Of a stretch of 64,000 bases of DNA, positions 36,501 through 49,675 are shown in pieces (the stretch's first letter is position 1; every line of letters begins with the position of its first letter). Position numbers and translations under genes: made by a program. The stretch is taken from contig DF237125.1 of the NCBI GenBank assembly GCA_000708835.1, positions 1 through 64,000 of the forward strand, in the 5' to 3' direction. Source of the DNA: Klebsormidium nitens (taxonomy: Eukaryota > Plantae > Klebsormidiophyceae). The notes below the pieces were generated by a model that saw nothing but the letters and a program-made list of their open reading frames with translations, ran no database searches and was not told the origin of the DNA.

Positions 36501-38170
36501 AATTATCCAATCACCACGTGTAGATCCTGGATTTTTAACAGCTCTTCAGCCTTTCAGCTATTTCCTTTGATTCTGGTAGGCGATCTGTTTTTCCGCCCTT
36601 AACACCGTTAACCCATTGTGCACCAAACCCACTCCCGTCATCTGCCGTGCCTGTAACCACTCGCAGCATTTCGGCGATCTCGTCTCGTTAAACATGAATT
36701 GGTCCACAACCCATACATTGTTCGGTCAGTCACCTACATAATCCCATCTCTCATTTGCCACGCCTTTACAGGAGGCCTTGTCGTTTTCTTGGAAGCCCCT
36801 GTTGGAGCAGAAGCGAAAAGAGAGGACGGACAGCCTTTTCTTTACCATGCGCGTCTTGGAACGATTCGAGCAGGCGGAGAAGCGGAGACCAGGGGCGGTC
36901 TCCGCAGCAGATCTGCCTGGTCTGCTGAAGACACGGGACGACATGGCCAAGTCGCAGGTGAAGCTCACTCAGAATCTGTTAGCATTCATGTGATCTGCTT
37001 CGTATAGTACTGTCGCCGTAGGCGTCAATGTGGGATACAGTTGCGGAGGTTGGCAGTGGCAAAAGGATTGATGAGCCGCTCTTGCTAATCATTCAGTCGG
37101 TGGTTCTGCTAATCAAAGTGGCATTTTCCATCCAAGGTCGCTTATCTGAACGGCACGTCTAAGATAGAGCACCGTGCCAATCCTCTTCGAGCTGCTCCGG
37201 CTGCCGTCACCTTAGCCACATGCTTGCCATATCGCCGAATGTTCCAACTGGTAGTTGCGCCCCTTTAGTTTAGAACTGCTCATTATAGCCATCTATTCAA
37301 CGCCGAGTGATATCTGAATCGAAACTCTTCTACCGACATACCTTTTGACAGAAGGTCTGCACCGGATCGACGGCTCGCTCTTTCTTTTCTCTCTTGTAAC
37401 TTCCAGGCATTCAGATAGGTCTTCGTTTGATTCAATTTTGCTCACAGAGTTGGAACCAGAAACCTTTCAGCCGCTGCGCCACTCAGACTCCGGTCCCGTG
37501 TTCGAATCAACCTCTAGGATAAGCCTTTCCCCGGCACCTTTTGCAGGACGTTCAGCCGGCCAAAATTCCGGACGAGCTGCTGGAGCGGCTTACGGACGCG
37601 GGGCCCAGAGAGTTGCCGGCAGTGCCCGCAATCTTATTTTGAAAATGTTATTGCAATTTGAGTTAACACGTGAGCCTTCTAACCGCTGCGCTGTTAGTCT
37701 TCAAACCTGGTCCACACTCGCGTAACCCGTTTTTTAACCACCATTCTGCAGGAAGTTCTGCCGGAGATGATTCCAAACGAGCTGCTGGAGCGGCTCGCGG
37801 CCGGGAGAGCTGCCCGCGGTGTCTGCACTCTTGTTCTGAGATTATCATTGCTCTCTGAGTTAACACGCAAGCCTTTCAGCTGCTGCGCTGTTAGTGTCCG
37901 AACCTGGTCGGCACTCGTTTAACCCGTTTGTTGACCACCATTCTGCAGGACGTTCTGCCGGAGATGATTCCGGACGAGCTGCTGGAGCGGCTCGCAGATG
38001 CGGGGCCCGGGGAGTTGCCGGCGGTGTCGGCAATTGTCGGCGGCATTTTGGGACAGGAGATCCTCAAGAGCGTGTCAAGTAAAGGAGCGCCCGTGGAGAA
38101 CTTCTTTTTGTACAGCCTAACGAAGCACACAGGACTGATCGAACGCGTTCCTCCGTTGAAGAAAAGCTGA
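33578..38170 (+). CDS. SAE1: SUMO-activating enzyme subunit 1 (SAE1/AOS1), 6 exons, 333 aa
   Basis: Exons 33578-33669, 34287-34534, 34999-35078, 35594-35767, 36772-36957, 37949-38170 total 1002 nt in frame. Motifs: LTEQEAAVYDRQIRVWGVEAQKR, EALKNIVLAGVGSVTLVD, LQDFNPMV, ELPAVSAIVGGILGQEILK. Confidence 0.92.
37547..38040 (+). repeat. Three tandem ~200-bp copies spanning the acceptor of the last SAE1 exon
   Basis: TGCAG|GAxGTT.....IPDELLERL-coding sequence starts at 37547, 37752 and 37949 (periods 205 and 197 bp). Only the third copy continues as the full exon. Confidence 0.9.
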
Positions 38171-39184
38171 TAGACTGGGCGTACTGCAGCATGTTCTCGC
38201 GCAGAACCTTGTTGCGGTGTTTTGTGTTTCTTCGGTTGCTGCTTGAGGCAGCGTCGAGTTGCACCAGCGCGCATGTGCCATATGGAGTGCCGATCACGTT
38301 TCTCAGTTCTTGGTGCGGGGCTTGATTGGTTTAGTTCTTACATCCAGTGTGGCAGCTGAGAAATACACGTCCAATTGCTATGCTTGGTGGCAACTCCAGG
38401 CTCGCCCGAGCCCAGCCATGAGGGGCACTGCGCGGCTTCCTTATTAACTCGAGACTCGATTCAAATTTATCACAGTAGGCTGACAGCGAGTCACGCGGTC
38501 GCATGCGTCACAGGCTTGCCCTGGCCTTGCTCGAATATTGCACATGCACTCCGCTTGAGTCAGTGAGCAGATTAAGGCGGCATACAAAACAATGATGGCA
38601 CGACCCAGGACGTTAAGTTGCAAGAGCCAGCGATGATCGGTCAGGTAACGGATGCCGCCGTGCGATGGCCGCATGGGCAAATTCAAACCCTGAATGCATG
38701 TGTTGCAAAGCCAACGGCACGTGCGGGCGTAATGGCAGGCCCGTGACCAGGCTGTACAGTGGCATACTGGCATCTTCTAAAACCGACGCGTTCAACGGTT
38801 GTCGTAGTCACTACGTCACGAGCATATGCTGCGCGAAATTACATGTTGCTCCCTGCCGCGGAATCAGTGTGGCGCCTCATGAAGCTAGCGCTATTGAAGC
38901 AAGACGGTTGAAGGAAACAATTCAATAAGCTGGACACGTACATCCAATTGACCGTCTCGACCATGTATATACGAAGAGCATTGAAGACCCTGTACGTTTT
39001 CGAAAGAACTCGACCTTCCAGAAGCTAGGCCCGGGTGGTTGCATGTGCTCCGCCATCTGCCAGGCGGCTCGGAAGCAACGTACTCGCATTATAGGCCTTC
39101 TCCCAATGTTTGGAGTCAATGCTACTAAAATCTGTCCCTTTTGCTCACCACTTTGCATTTCCAGCTGTACTTGGTTTAGCTTCT

Positions 39185-40511
39185 CTAAGGGTGGCCGCTG
39201 CTGTCGAAAGCCACTGCATCCACGGCAATCCTAGTGTCCTTTTGACACGATACATCCTGATCAAACTCCGAACCTCTCCCAAAACAGTAAAGTGACCTTG
39301 ACGGTTTGCGATTCCCCCGTCCCCAACCGTCAAGAACTGCGTCTTCTAGACGGGAATACACTCCCAACACTCCCAGTGTCGCAGGAAAATAGTCCGTCTT
39401 GCGATCAGGGTAGTGATACAGCACATACTTCGCTGACGAAACTTCTGGATACATTTCAAATGCCGGATAGTAAGGCGCTCCCTCTACCTTGACTCTAATC
39501 ATACGGTCACTTCGAGGACGGTCCTTCAGTCGTCCATCAAAGTAGACATCTTTTACATTCATAATATATGGGCCGTCGTTATCGACACTCAGCTCAGTAG
39601 CGAACTCGATGGCCTTCTCTAAAGACTTACACGCCCACAGGATGTCCCAGTCAAATGCTTCTCCAATGTCGCCGTGAACATACACCACGTAAAGTTGTTT
39701 GGGGACAAACCTGCGTCAATCACGGAAGTGCTGACATCTTCAGATCCTTGGTTTTCCCAGGATAGCGACGAAGTCTTCGAAGTTACTGAGTCTTTTTTTT
39801 CGCGGCTTAACGTCATGCATCAGCGCGAGTCGAACAATATCCAAGACCAGTGAGCTTCTGATCAAGTTAGTTGGCGTTAAGGTGAACAGTAAAGATGATA
39901 GTCGGTCTGCTGAAAAGAGGAGCTATCACGCGGAGAGAGAGGCAAGGCGCAGTGCTGGGCCATATTGGTTGCTGCTGCCTAATTTCAAGGAAGCACTGTC
40001 AAAAGAACCGTGACAAATTGGAAACTCCAGATCCAGCAACTTTGATTTCAAAGTTCAGGTTCTGTGGGAGAAATCACTTAAACTGCCCAGTACACATGCA
40101 CGGTGGGTAGACCTCCCAAATAACGGTCCAAGGGAAGGAAAGACCAATCCCCGAACGAAGCAAAGGCTATCACTTAATCACTTGCAAGCAATATTGTCAC
40201 AGACCTTCGGCAAACCCAGTGATCATAAGCTATGCCGTGACCTACCTTTCGATGAACAAACGCCGCAGACGTCTTGCGTCCTCACGGCACTCCTCCGAAA
40301 CGTCTTGCGTTGGAAAGTAAATGGATAGCAGATCGAACCATAGTCGAGACGACTGTTGAACAAACTCTAAGCACGCCTTGTCAGCGGTGCCAAAGCTCAG
40401 GACGTCCGCAACTGTTAAGGCGCTGAAAGTCAGGATTCGAATCAGCAAGTCTTCCGGAAGCTGTAGGACGTGGGTATTGGTTGGCTTAGACTCCATAGCA
40501 GAGCCTGCCAT
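39185..40511 (-). CDS. F-box protein with uncharacterised C-terminal domain (array copy 1)
   Basis: Exon 1 40511-40246 (LPEDLLIRIL..LTVADVLSF..LWFDLL), phase-2 intron, exon 2 39710-39185 (YFP..YVLY..LGVYSRLEDA..GNRKPSRS..FGRG..FDQ..RIAVDAV). Confidence 0.85.
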
Positions 40512-41093
40512 TACTCCGAACCTGATCAAATCCAGTCTTCAAACTTTTGCTGAAAGAAGCTGGTAATGATCAAAGATCAGTGGCAACCACGCCTGATCGG
40601 TCAAGGAACCGGCCGCGGGCGCCCCTACACAGCCCTTATGTTAGTTTGCGCGCGCGCATAAGCTTGAGTGCGGCACCCCCCGTGGTTTTTGAAATCTTTC
40701 TGGCGCCTTTTCTTGTCCTGGTCGAGCTCCTTTTTCCTTACTAATACTATTCCTCCCGCCTCTGTCGTCCGTCCGCGCTTTGGAGCCACTCGGGAGTGGT
40801 GCGCGGTTGTCGGCTTGAAAGGGTCTGGAGAATTGTAGTGCAGCCGAGGCGCGGCCCCGCGCCCCCCGCGCGCGCGCCGGGCACATAGCGCGGCCGGGCG
40901 ACGCGCATTCAGGCCGAGGCTCGCCAACTCAGAGCGGCCTCGAAGCGGCGCGCTTTTCGCCTCAGGCCCGTACACCCAGTGAACGTGTTGGTAAGTCCAG
41001 GGCATGCAACCAAGTCGCTGAGCCGCTTTAGTTGCAAAATGAACGCGCCCATCCTAACTTTCGGCGACGAACCGTACCCCTCGAAGCGAGGAT

Positions 41094-41195
41094 ATTGAAG
41101 CAACTTCGTAAATTCCCGAACGTGACGCGCTTTCTCAAGCTGAAGCAAGACGTCTTGATCGAGGTGCTTTTTGATGGTGAGCTTTCGGTGACGTC
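41094..41195 (+). pseudogene. Truncated F-box fragment, homologous to the start of the gene at 50152
   Basis: LKQLRKFPNVTRFLKLKQDVLIEVLFDGELSV resembles MKQLRTLRDFFKGDSCFLKLTEDILVQILVDGQLSV. No continuation found. Confidence 0.6.
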
Positions 41196-41931
41196 AGCTG
41201 TTGTAACCCAAGGACCGCGCAGCGCAGGCGGCCCGGCATAGTTTGAACTACGAAAGCAGCGAACATGTATGCGCCAAATGTCTGCTTCATGCATCTCATG
41301 TTGCCCGCGAAACCAGATCCGTCCATCAGAACTGCAGGAAAACCGTGGGTTCCTGGCAGCCGGATTCACACTGCTCGTAGCAATGCGGAACGAAGTGGCA
41401 GTCTCTCGAAAAGCGATAGGTATAAGCGCAAGATTTGAATTGAAAGGGCCGAGCTTTAGAGGTCAAAATGAGATGCAGCCAGACATGATCCTGATGCTCT
41501 CGACCCCGTTCAATGTGGGCCGAATAGAAGACGAGAACTTTGCAAGATGAGATAACGCCGTGCTAGCTTGCAGATCTTGGATTCATGGCAGAAGTGGGGA
41601 TCCTGCTCTAACATCAGATTGCCTTTGCGGGCAAAACGGATGGTTGCCACTAATTAAGGCCGGTCTACCTACGCAGACACAAATTTGCCTTTGCGGAGAA
41701 TGCAAGCCTTTAATAAGTTTATTTGTTGGATCTAAAGGTTACGTACGCAGTCTCTTTCGGCGCGTTCAGGGCGCAGTCAGTTTCTTTGGAAACATTTGGA
41801 TCCTGTAGAGCATTCCGTGAACTTGAAGGGCTGAGCTTGACGGATCAGGCCTGCATGTACATGAACCGACACCACTACACTTGAAGGTTGTCCTTCTCAA
41901 GCTCAGCTTGCGCTTTCAGCACTCGTTCTGT

Positions 41932-43220
41932 CTAACCTCTCTTGAAGCGATCCCGCTGGGTGTTGAATGCTACTTCGTCTACGCCAATCCTTGAGAAAGG
42001 ACTCGAAGGATCACCCTGATCAAAGTGCGTACCTCTCCTAGAAGTAAATCTTGCGGACCGTGCCGGTTTGCCATCCCCAACTTTCCTTCCGTCAAGAATT
42101 GCATCTTCGAGACACGAGTACACACCCAATAGATCGAGTTTCGCGTCGAAACTCTGCTTCTCAGGGTAAAGATAAAGCACATAGTTCTTCTCTAGAACTT
42201 CGGGATACACTTTGAACCCCGGAAAATACCGCGCTTCGCCTACCCTGACTTTCGCCATATGGCTAATTTTAACTCCGGATTTCAGTCGTTGTTCCAAATA
42301 ACAACCTTGTGTGTAAGTCGAAAAATCTATGCCAGTACCGAAATGAGAAGCGAACTCAAAGGCCTTCTCCAGGGACTTGCAGGCCCAGAGAAACTCCCAA
42401 TCGAAGTTGTGACAGTTATCGTTATGGAGGTAAACCACGTAAAGCGACTCGGGAACAAACCTGCAGTCATTGAGAAATCGATCAATTCAAACAGCAGATT
42501 CAAAGTTGAGGACATGTTTCGTCTCATTGTCCGACTTCAATCGATCTTTTTCTCAGAATCGCGTCTACTATCGTGTAACGGAAGTTTCTAAGACCCTCGC
42601 AAATCCACAGTCAAATTCTCTTCCGGTAGTTCACTGGAAGTGCGCAGATGTTAAGAAGACGTCTTAGCTGACAGGATCCTTCAGGGAACAAAAAGGAATC
42701 GCCCAAAGCTGAAAAATCTTCGTGGTTGCTGCTCTCATCCTACAACGAAGATAGATGCAAAAGCTGAATTCGCAGGATAAGAAGCTTTTTTGAGAGGTCT
42801 TCCTAGAAAAAGAAAATCATCTTTTCCCTAAGAGTGTCAGATCCGGAGGTGATAAGAGTTTCTGTAGAGCATATATATAACCTTAAATCCAGCACACCTG
42901 GCGGCAAGCAAATTACTTAGGCGCGCGTAGTCTTTGCTTCAAGCTAAGGACGTTTCTTACTCTTCCTTAAGCAAACGCCGTAGACGTCTTGCGTCCTCGC
43001 GACACCAATTCGAGACGTGGTAATTTGGGTATTCCCTTCTCAGGAGCTCAAACCACAACCGAGACGATCTTTGAACAAACTCCAAGCACGGCTTTCCCGC
43101 TGCGCCAAAGTTCAGGACGTCTTGAACGGACAGGACACTGTTTGCCAGGATTGAAGCGAGGACATCGTCTGGAAGACTTAGGACGTGCGTGTTGCTTGGT
43201 AAACCCATTCCTGCGGCCAT
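41932..43220 (-). CDS. F-box protein with the same C-terminal domain (array copy 2)
   Basis: Exon 1 43220-42961 (an upstream in-frame ATG at 43283 is possible) and exon 2 42460-41932. Same motifs: LPDDVLASIL, YFPGF, YVLYLY, LLGVYSCLEDA, GDGKPARS, FDQG, RIGVDEV. Confidence 0.85.
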
Positions 43221-44570
43221 TTTCTGAACGAGCTCTTTTGGAAACGCTTGTGAAAGTGGTAGGCTGCGGTTGTTGTTGGCCATCTTGGTAGAGAGCTGCC
43301 AAAGCATTAGTGGGCAAATTGGCGAGCCCGACTCCTCTCTGGCGACTCTAGCTTCGTCCAGGCGTTGGGTGGCCCTCCGCTAGTTGCATGACACTTTAGC
43401 ATCAGGAAGCTTTAGGAATAGTGAGGGCTGCTAGCAAATTCTCTTCATCATCCAAGTTTAAGTTTGTTCATTTATTCTAGCGCGCGCGGCTGCCCGGTTG
43501 TTGGCGTTGCGCGCGCAAAAGGGTTTGGACGGCCGCAGGCCGCGCCTGGCCGTGCCGATTCGAGTACGCGGCCCAGCGATCAGTGGTCAGCGCGGCCGCG
43601 TGCCGCTCGCGCCCGGCGACCGGTCAATGTTGCCCGGGCCGTCACGGCACAGCGTGCATTCCGCGCGCGGCCAGTGCGCTCAGCGCCGCACCGGCGACGA
43701 GCGTGCCGGCGACGCGCGCTCGCCGTTGCTGGCATCCGCGACCATGTGGCCAATCAAATAGACTGGTTGTGTAGGTTTTGAGGGACCAAGTCACTGCGCG
43801 ACTTCAGCTGCAAACGTGGAGCGCCCAACAGCGACTGCAGACCCTGGCTTAGAAGCAGCAGTGAGATTTAAGGCAACTTTGGACTTTGAGCAACTCTCCG
43901 ACATTAAAGGGCGGCAAGTCCTTTTTCAAGGATAGCTTAATGGTCCAGCTTCTCTTTTGTGAATTCTACGGTAGTCAGCCACAGTTGGTGCAATCGTCTG
44001 CAGCGAGTAGGAAGCATGAGGCGCGGCGCCGGCAACCCGGGATTGTAACATCTCGAAAACTGCGAAACCCATTGAACGGGCACAGGAGTCTACTGCTAAT
44101 GCATCAGTTGATGTTGGCCGCACAACCAGGATCGTCCATGAAAGACGCAATGAACTCGTGGATTCGCGACAGTCGGAACTTCACCGCTCTCGATCGGCAA
44201 TTGGAATCGTGTTATGGCAGCATGAGAAGCACCTATGGGAGCAAGCCTTGAAGAATACACGAACAGGCCAAGCCAGAGAGGATCCAATCACCGAGCCAGA
44301 CATGGCTCTGGATTCACATGCTCTCGACACGGTCCAATACATGTCAGATGAAAAAGACGGCAGCATGAACTGTTACTTGTGACTTAACTTATCCCCATTC
44401 GATTTTGCAAAAGCACGCATGATGAGTCAAATGAATCATTTTCATTGCTTCGCTTTTGTGGGCAGTTCCAAGTCCCCGCAGGCAGGATTCAAACACCAGT
44501 GCTACTGAATCTGAATCCGTCCTTCTAGTTCGTTTTGAAGCGAATCAGTACGATCCTGTCCAGCGTGTGT

Positions 44571-45857
44571 CTAGCCATTCCCGATCCCGGTGAAATCCGA
44601 AGCCACTTCGTCCACGCCAATCCTAGAATACTGATCTGAAGCAACACCCTGATCAAAGTGCAAACCTCTCCCAAAAACGTACCTCGATCGTGTCGGCTTT
44701 CCGTCTCCCAGTTTCCAGGCTTCGAAGACTGCATCCTCTCGAGAGGAGTATACACCGAGCAAAATGATGTCCAAGAGATTCGGGCTGTTCAACTCGCAAT
44801 CAGTATAGTTCCAGCTGTCACTGTTTAATGCGCAATCAGTATAGCGATATAACACATACTTTGTCGAGGAAGCTTTCGGAGACAGCTTGAATGCCGGAAA
44901 GTAAGGCGTGATAAATTGAAACGCGACAGTGGCCGAACCGGTTTGGCGCAATTCAGCGCCGTAATCTTTGGCTTTCTGGAAGGATGTGAAAGCCTTGAGC
45001 ATGTTCCAATGGTCGCCATTGTCGGTAAACACCACAGAGACAAAATCAGGAACAAATCTGCGTGCAAGGAAAGATGGATTGATTTCTTCTGCAGCGCGAG
45101 GTGGGAACTTTTGTGCTCCCAATGATTTTCAATCTTGACAATACTTCACTCGGATTCGAGCACAAGACGGACTCGCAATTGGGCTATGTAAACGCACAAA
45201 ATTCGAGGCATTTATCGAGTTCAAGCATCAGAAGCAGGGCTCAGCTGTGGTGAAAGACTGCCTGTGTTGGAAAACAAAGTGCATCAAGATGTGCTTCGAC
45301 TGATCTTCTGTTGTAAGGCGATGTATGCACCTTGCAGAAACCAGATCGGAACTCTCTGAGTCTGCTACGCCTCCAGCTAGCGCAAAGTCAGTCTCTTGTT
45401 GCATTACCTGCGGATGAGTTCGTATTGTTGCAACCGTTGGCTTTATCACAGGAGTGAATGTGCTTTCGAAATCAAGTTGTTCAAGCGACCCAGAAAATCG
45501 GGCAGCCTTCAACAGTAAACTAGGGGACACCGACGGGTATAGAACTCCCTAAAAAGCTGGGGCAATACTAGTGGGCAACTGGGCGCACATGCCGTACCTT
45601 TCTATGAACAAACGCCGCAGAAGTCGTGCATCTTCGTAGCACCTCTTTGAAACGACCTGCTTTGGAAAGTATCTTCTCAGGATCTCGAGCCAGAGTCTAC
45701 ACGAACTCTGAACAAAAGCCAAGCACGGCTTTCCGGCGGCGCCGAAGCTCAGGACGTCCAAAACGGACAGGGCGTTGCTAGACAGGATTCCAACCAGAAC
45801 GTCCTCCGGCAGGTTCAAGACGTGTGTACTGCTTGGATGAGCCACCCTTGCGGCCAT
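44571..45857 (-). CDS. F-box protein with the same C-terminal domain (array copy 3)
   Basis: Exon 1 45857-45598 and exon 2 45057-44571. Contains a 33-bp-period internal duplication (YTDCALNS / YTDCELNS). Confidence 0.85.
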
Positions 45858-46360
45858 ATTGAGAGTCAGATCTTCCAAAGCTTGCTCAGATCGTAGTGTG
45901 GGCTTCTTCGGAACATATGGCGGCTTGAACCACTCTCTAGCGGATCATGCCTGAGACAGCTAGCTAGCGTCTTAAGCCATGCGGAACTTAGAAATTGAAC
46001 GTTCGAAAAGTTCCACTAACAGAAAGAAGGCATGGCGGAGACAAGAGAAGCATTGGCCAAAGGCTGACGAAGATGCGTCCAAAAGCTGAGCAATATTTCT
46101 CCTCTTTATACATTCTTGGTAGATAAATGCAGACTCGAGTGCCACAAGAGAATGTACTAGACCAAAACACCCCTTGCGTTCTCTGAAGTCAAACAAGAAT
46201 TGTATGATTGCGGAGGAACACGGTAAGCTAGTATGGAATTTGCATGGTCGGAAGCTAGCGCTATGCCTTTAGCCTGTGAAGGATGCAATGCAGACTTCTG
46301 GGCTGAACAGCAACTCATCAAAATCAGCCGTACTTTGAAAATCAAAGCCTGATGTTCTAC

Positions 46361-46623
46361 CTTCTGATGAACAAAGGCCGCAGAATTGGTGCGTCCTCGC
46401 GGCACATCTCCAAAACGTTTTGCTTTGGAAAGTATCTTCTGAGGAGCTCAAGCCATAGCTCGGACGATCTCTGAACAAACTCCAAGCACGGCTTTCCAGC
46501 GGCGCCGAAGCTCAACACGTCCGCAACGGACAAGGCGCGGGCTGTCAGAATTTCAACCAGAACGTCCTCCGAAAGCGTTGAGACTTCCGTTTCGCTTTGC
46601 ACAAGCTCCACCGCTGCGGTCAT
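46361..46623 (-). CDS. Orphan F-box first exon (array copy 4) with intact donor but no second exon of its own
   Basis: MTAAVELVQSETEVSTLSEDVLVEILTARALSVADVLSFGAAGKPCLEFVQRSSELWLELLRRYFP ends at AG|GTAGAA in phase 2. No exon-2 homologue lies between 45858 and 46360. Confidence 0.7.
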
Positions 46624-47149
46624 CTTGAAAGTCGACTCTAGTTGCAGAACGATGCTATGTGGGCGGCGCTTATGGCAGCAGATGAATCATTCCTGCCAGG
46701 ATCCCTACTAATTATCAGCAGTGACGAGCTTGGGGTCAGCAGCCCAGCTCAAATCATTTTTAAAGGGATTGCTTCCAGATAGTGCGCGAATAGTGCGGGC
46801 GGCAGCCCGCTTAAGGGTTTAAGCGCCTTTTTGTGACTGTCCAGGGCTTGGCTCCGCGCCGCTTTGGCTAGGCTCTGACTCGAGGGTGCGCGGCGCGCGC
46901 GGTTGTCAGTGTCGCCAACCCGGACCCTTCTCTTCTCAGGGCGGGCGCGCTCCCGACCGGCGCCGCCGCGGCAATTATTAATAAAATCACCGGCCAGTGC
47001 CCCAGGGGGGATAAACTACCGCCCAGCAAACTCCAAGCTGATGTACCGTTGCTCGGGAAAAGGTTGTCGAAGGGCACGGGCGGAGCGCGGGCGCGGGCCG
47101 GCGGCGCGGCCGCTGCTTCGCCGTTCGATGCAGCCAAGCTTATCTGTGC

Positions 47150-47765
47150 NNNNNNNNNNNNNNNNNNNNNNNNNNNNNNNNNNNNNNNNNNNNNNNNNNN
47201 NNNNNNNNNNNNNNNNNNNNNNNNNNNNNNNNNNNNNNNNNNNNNNNNNNNNNNNNNNNNNNNNNNNNNNNNNNNNNNNNNNNNNNNNNNNNNNNNNNNN
47301 NNNNNNNNNNNNNNNNNNNNNNNNNNNNNNNNNNNNNNNNNNNNNNNNNNNNNNNNNNNNNNNNNNNNNNNNNNNNNNNNNNNNNNNNNNNNNNNNNNNN
47401 NNNNNNNNNNNNNNNNNNNNNNNNNNNNNNNNNNNNNNNNNNNNNNNNNNNNNNNNNNNNNNNNNNNNNNNNNNNNNNNNNNNNNNNNNNNNNNNNNNNN
47501 NNNNNNNNNNNNNNNNNNNNNNNNNNNNNNNNNNNNNNNNNNNNNNNNNNNNNNNNNNNNNNNNNNNNNNNNNNNNNNNNNNNNNNNNNNNNNNNNNNNN
47601 NNNNNNNNNNNNNNNNNNNNNNNNNNNNNNNNNNNNNNNNNNNNNNNNNNNNNNNNNNNNNNNNNNNNNNNNNNNNNNNNNNNNNNNNNNNNNNNNNNNN
47701 NNNNNNNNNNNNNNNNNNNNNNNNNNNNNNNNNNNNNNNNNNNNNNNNNNNNNNNNNNNNNNNNN
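47150..47765. other. Assembly gap (616 N)
   Basis: Run of N. Confidence 1.
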
Positions 47766-48494
47766 CCCCGCGGGCGGTCCTATGGCACAGGTTTAGGGAG
47801 AAGCGTCAACATGCATCATATGATGCCCAAGTCGGACGGTCATAGACACGACCATCCATCCACATCCGTCCACATCCGTCCATATCCATCGATCCAAAAC
47901 GTCGCAGCAAATTTGCGGAGTACTGATAATAGGAGCCCCATAGATTTCAGCGTTGCAATGCGTTAGACATGCAGCTCAACGTTTCAATATCTAGCAGCGC
48001 GATCAACATAAGCCTTGTGAATCGGAACCGATTCACAGAACTTGGGCAGATTCCGGCCTTCCATATACTCGGGACAAGGGTCTATATTTCATCGAATGGA
48101 AGGACAAAAGCCACTAATATTATCGGCGTGCTCGCTTGCAACGAACTTCTTAACATTTGATTCAGCATGGGATTCCATTGATTAATCAGCCTGTGTGGCA
48201 CTTCAAATGGACCGGATGCAGGCGATGGCGTCACTGGCGCATAATCAGCGCGCGCTCTCCTTCAATGAAGCACGCCAATGTCCAGATTATGCTATCGGAC
48301 ATTCAGACGATCCCCACAGTCTCGAGCCTGATCACTAACAGCATCCAAGAATCCAATGTCGAGCGAATACTCGAGGAACATCCTGCGGAACTGACGGGTT
48401 GCAGCGCTTGAAGCACCAGGTTGCGTGTCTAGAACAAGAGCTCAAAATTTCCCGTCCTCCTATAATTTGCTTTGGTCTCGCAGTTTCATCTATT

Positions 48495-49675
48495 TCAGGC
48501 CTTCAAGGCGTGTCCTCTGCTGTTGAAAGTCACTGCATCTACGCCAATCCTGAAGTTCGGCTGTAAGGCAGCTCCCTGATCAAACAGCATTCCTCTCCCG
48601 AAAACATGTTTTGATCGTGCCGCTTTTCCATCTCCGAGTTTCCGGCCGGCAAACACCGCATCTTCTAAACAGGAGTACACTCCCAGCACCCTGATGTCAC
48701 CATGAAAACTGTCGCAATCTGCGTAGCGATATAGCACATACTTTTCTGAGGAGGGTTTTGGAGACAGCTTAAACGCCGGAAAGTAAGGCGCTCCTTGTTT
48801 TCCGAATCAAGTGACTCGTTCGCGGCGCGGTTCCAGTTGGTGAGAGCATCGGCCTTCCAAGATACTCATTCTCAATGCCAGATCTGAGATAATTTCAAGC
48901 GTTGCTAGCTCTGCGCCGTAGCAGCTGGCCTTTCTTTCAGATTTTAGAGCCTCGAGCATCTTCCAATGGTCGCTTCTACAGGAATATACCACATAGAGTT
49001 CTTCAGGAACATATCTGCGTGCAAGGAGAAGTCGGCATAAACTCCCCAAAGCGAGTCAAGGACTTGAGTTTTCCCATGCCTTTGCATTGTGATTCGTGCT
49101 CGAAAACGAAGTGCACGAAAATTGCTTTTCAAGAGGCTCACAGTAAAAGGCACCTTGAGAGCCACAAAGCGCGACGTTGGTGTTTGCTATATCCCTTCAA
49201 ATGGCAAAGGACTTGGATTGGCAGCCACATAGACCTCCAATTTCACAGGTTCGAACTTTGAAGTTAGCATTCTGCGAAAGACCTCATTTGTGTCCTTGGA
49301 AACCCATCTCAGCAGAATTGATGTCTCAAGATCCAACAGAACCCAGACTGCAAGAAAGGATATCAAGAATGGCACTCAGTTTAGAAACCGAAAATGGCCG
49401 CACATGCCGTACCTCTCTATGAACAAGCGCCGCAGAAGTCGTGCGTCTTCGCGGGATGTCCCTGGAACCTTCTGCTTTGGGTAGCCTCTTTTCAGAAGCT
49501 CGAGCCATAGTCGAGATGACTTCTGCACAAAATCAATGTAACGCTTTCCGGCAGTGCCAAAGTTCAGGACGTCAGCAACTGAGAGGGCGCTGTTAGTCAA
49601 AATCTGGATCAGCAAGTCCTCGGGAAGGCTGAGCGCGTGCGCGCCGCCGCTCTGTCCATCTACCGCTGCGGCCAT
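48495..49675 (-). pseudogene. F-box array copy 5 with an in-frame premature TGA
   Basis: Exon 1 49675-49413 and exon 2 49014-48495. TGA at 48809-48807 interrupts RVT*FGKQGAPYFPAF, and the same frame resumes with all family motifs. Confidence 0.75.

Noticed and set aside
44470-44530. tRNA-like T-arm fragment (GTTTGAATCCTGCC on the minus strand)
   Set aside because: No complete cloverleaf.
46903-47966. ORFs of about 300 aa spanning the N run
   Set aside because: Artefacts of translating the assembly gap.
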